The position numbers were made by a program, and so were the translations under genes. 64,000 bases of DNA from Eledone cirrhosa (Eukaryota), in the NCBI GenBank assembly GCA_964016885.1, contig OZ024740.1, positions 21,452,001-21,516,000 of the forward strand. The letters run 5' to 3'. The stretch's first letter is position 1. Each line of letters begins with the position of its first letter. The notes under the pieces were generated by a model. That model saw nothing but the letters and a program-made list of their open reading frames with translations. It did not search any database and was not told the DNA's origin. Below are positions 61,201 through 64,000 of the stretch, piece by piece.

Positions 61201-64000
61201 GCAGTAGAGGACAGTAGAGGGAAATAGAGGACAGTGGAAAGAAGTAGATGACAGTAGAGGACAATAGAGGTCAGTAGAGGGAAGTGGAAGGCAGTAGAGG
61301 ACAGTAGAGGGAAGTAGAGAGTAGTAGAGGACAGTAGAGATAAGTAGAGGAGAGTATACGACAGTAGAGGGCAGTACAGGGAAGTAAAGGACAATAGAGG
61401 ACAGTAGAGGGCAGTAGAGGAAACTAGAGGACAGTAGAGGACAGTAGAGGAGAGTAGAGGGGAGTAGAGGAAGTATAGGACAGTAGAGGATAGTAGAGGA
61501 CAGTAGAGGGAAGTAGAGGACAGTAGAAGACAGTAGAGGACAGTAGAGAGAAGTAGAGGACAGTGGAGAGAAGTAGAGGACAATAGGGGACAATAGAGGT
61601 CAGTAGAGGGAAGTGGGGGGCAGTAGAGGACAGTAGAGGTAAGTAGAGAGTAGTAGAGGACAGTAGAGGACAGTAGAGGGAAGTAGAGGACAGTAGAGGA
61701 CAGTAGAGGACTGTAGAGAACAGTAGAGGGAAGTAGAGGACAGTAGAGGGAAGTAGAGGGACATAGAGAAAAGTAGAGGACAGTAGAACACATTAGAGGA
61801 GACTAGAGGACAGTAGAGGACAGTAGAGGACGGTAGAGGACAGTAGAGGGAAGTAGAGAACAGTAGAGGGCAGTAGAGGACAGTAGAGGACAGTAGAGGG
61901 CAGTAGATGACAGTAGAGGACAGTAGAGGACAGTAGAGGGGAGTATAGGACAGTAGAGGACAGTAGAGGGAAGTACAGGACAGTAGAGGAGAGTAGAGGA
62001 CAGTAGTGGGAATTAGAGGAGAGTAGAGGTAAGTAGAGGAGAGGACAGTAGAGGACAGTAGAGGAGAGTAGAGGTATGTAGAGGAGAGTAGAGGACAGTA
62101 GAGGGAAGTAGATGAGAATAGAGGTAAGTAGAGGAGAGTAGAGGGCAGTAGAGGGCAGTAGAGTACATTAGAGGGAAGTAGAGGACAGTAGAGGTAAGTA
62201 GAGGACAGTAGAGGAGAGTAGAGGGAAGTAGAGGACAGTAGAGGACAGTAGACGGCAGGAGAGGACAGTAGAGGACAGTAGAGGACAGTAGAGGTAAGTA
62301 GAGGACAGTAGAGGACATTAGAAGGAAGTAGAGGGAAGTAGAGGACAGTAGAGGACAGTAGAGGACAGTAGAGGGAAGTAGAGGACAGTAGAGGGAAGTA
62401 GATGAGAGTAGAGGTAAGTAGAGGAGAGTAGAGGACAGTAGAAGACAATAGAGGACAGTAGAGGGAAGTAGAGGACAGTAGAGGGAACTAGAGGACAGTG
62501 GAGAGAAGTAGAGGACAGTAGAGAACGGTAGAGGACAGTAGAGGACTGTAGAGGTAAGTAGAGGACAGTAGAGGACAGTAGAGGGAAGTAGAGGAGAGTA
62601 GAAGCCAGTAAAGGACAGTAGAGGATAGTAAAGGGAAGTAGAGGATAGTAGAGGGAAGTAGAGGACAATAGAGGACATTAGAGGGAAGTAGAGGACAGTA
62701 GAGGGAAGTACAGGATAGTAGAGGTAGGTAGAGGACAGTAGAGTGAAGTAGAGGACAGTGGAGAGAAGTAGAGGATAGTAGAGGACAATAGAGGTCAGTA
62801 AAGGGAAGTGGAGGGCAGTAGAGGACAGTAGAGTGAAGTAGAGTGTAGTAGAGAGAAGTAGAGGACAGTAGAGGTAAGTAGAGGACAGTAGAGGGAAGTA
62901 GAGACAGTAGAGGACAGTATAGGGCAGTAGAGTTCAGTAGAGGACAGTAGAGGTAAGTAGAGGGCAGTAGAGGACAGTAGAGGACAGTAGAGGACAGTAG
63001 AGGACAGTAGAGGGAAATGGAGGGCATTAGAGGGCAGTAAAGGACAGTAGAGGACAGTAGAGGAGAGTAAAGGGAAGTAGTGAAAGGTAGAGGAAAGTAG
63101 AGGACAGTAGAACACTTAAGAGGACACTAGAGGACAGTAGAGGACAGCAGAGGACAGTAGAGGACAGTAGAGGACAGTAGAGTGAGGTAGACGACAGTAG
63201 AGGATAGTAGATGACAGTAGAGGGCAGTAGAGGACAGTAGAGGGAAATAGAGGACTGTGGAAAGAAGTAGATGACAGTAGAGGACAATAGAGGTCAGTAG
63301 AGGGAAGTGGAAGTCAGTAGAGGACAGTAGAGGGAAGTAGAGAGTAGTAGAGGACAGTAGAGGGAAGTAGAGGTAAGTAGAGGACAGTAGATGACAGTAG
63401 AGGGAAGTAGAAGACAGTAGAGGGAAGTAGAGGAGAGTGGAGGACAGTAGAGGGAAGTAGAGGACAGTAGAGGGAAGTAGAGGACAGTAGAGGGAAGTAG
63501 AGGACAGTAGAGGTAAGTAGAGGACAGTAGAGGACAGTATAGGGAAGTAGAAGACAGTAGAGGGAAGTAGAGGAGAGTGGAGGACAGTAGAGGGAAGTAG
63601 AGGACAGTAGAGGGAAGTAGAGGACAGTAGAGGTAAGTAGATGAGAGTAGAGGAAGTAGAGAACAGTAGAGGGAAGTAGAGGACAATAGAGGGAAGTAGA
63701 AGACAGTGGAGAGAAGTAGAGGACAGTAGAGGACAATAGAGGGAAGTAGAGAGAAGTAGAGGACAGTAGAGGACAGTAGAGGGAAGTAGAGAATAGTAGA
63801 GGACAGTAGAAAACAGTAGAGGGGAGTAGAGGAGAGTAGAGGAGAGTAGAGGCCAGTAGAGGACAGTAGAGGGACGTAGAGGAGAGTAGAGGGAAGTAGA
63901 GGAAAGTAGCATGAAGTAGAGGGCAGTAGAGGACAGTATAACGCATTAGAGAACACTAGAGGACAGTAGAGGACAATAGAGGACAGTAGAGGGAATTAGA
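58237..64000. repeat. 10-bp purine-rich satellite (GTAGAGGACA)n with kb-scale block duplications
   Basis: Continuous to the window end. Variant CACATTAGAGGAGACTAG at 59771 and 61789 (2018 bp apart). Confidence 0.97.

Noticed and set aside
58149-63956. Long LYCPLLSSTV-repeat ORFs
   Set aside because: Artefact of a stop-poor 10-bp satellite strand, open in all three frames.

Overview
Eukaryotic, repeat-dominated window, probably molluscan/octopod (inferred from the tRNA-SINE type and microsatellite load). Two satellites bracket it: a 29-bp satellite with higher-order repeats (1-13369) and a purine-rich 10-bp satellite (58237-64000). Between them is a dense retroelement cluster. Four near full-length L1/Tx1-clade elements lie head-to-tail on the minus strand (19891-43569), each joined through (ATT)n tracts. 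Around them are R4/Dong-like RLE elements, RTE fragments, (CATA)n-embedded RLE 3' ends, about nine tRNA-derived SINE copies or fragments, and several Penelope-like or retrozyme-like repeats carrying minimal hammerhead ribozyme motifs. The only host-gene feature I can support is a short exon of an MFS (oxalate:formate antiporter-like) transporter at 47967-48074. The most notable observations are: (i) a self-perpetuating (ATT)n-targeted Tx1 array with modular 5'UTR/ORF1/ORF2 swapping; (ii) a G|GTAAGT splice donor at the ORF1 stop of all four Tx1 copies, which in two copies would fuse ORF1 to ORF2 in frame via a 53-nt intron; (iii) nine complete or near-complete minimal hammerhead motifs in four repeat families plus a partial fifth, including C3-G8/U3-A8 covariation; (iv) both satellites appear to derive from pieces of local retroelements. 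All alignments were done by eye.
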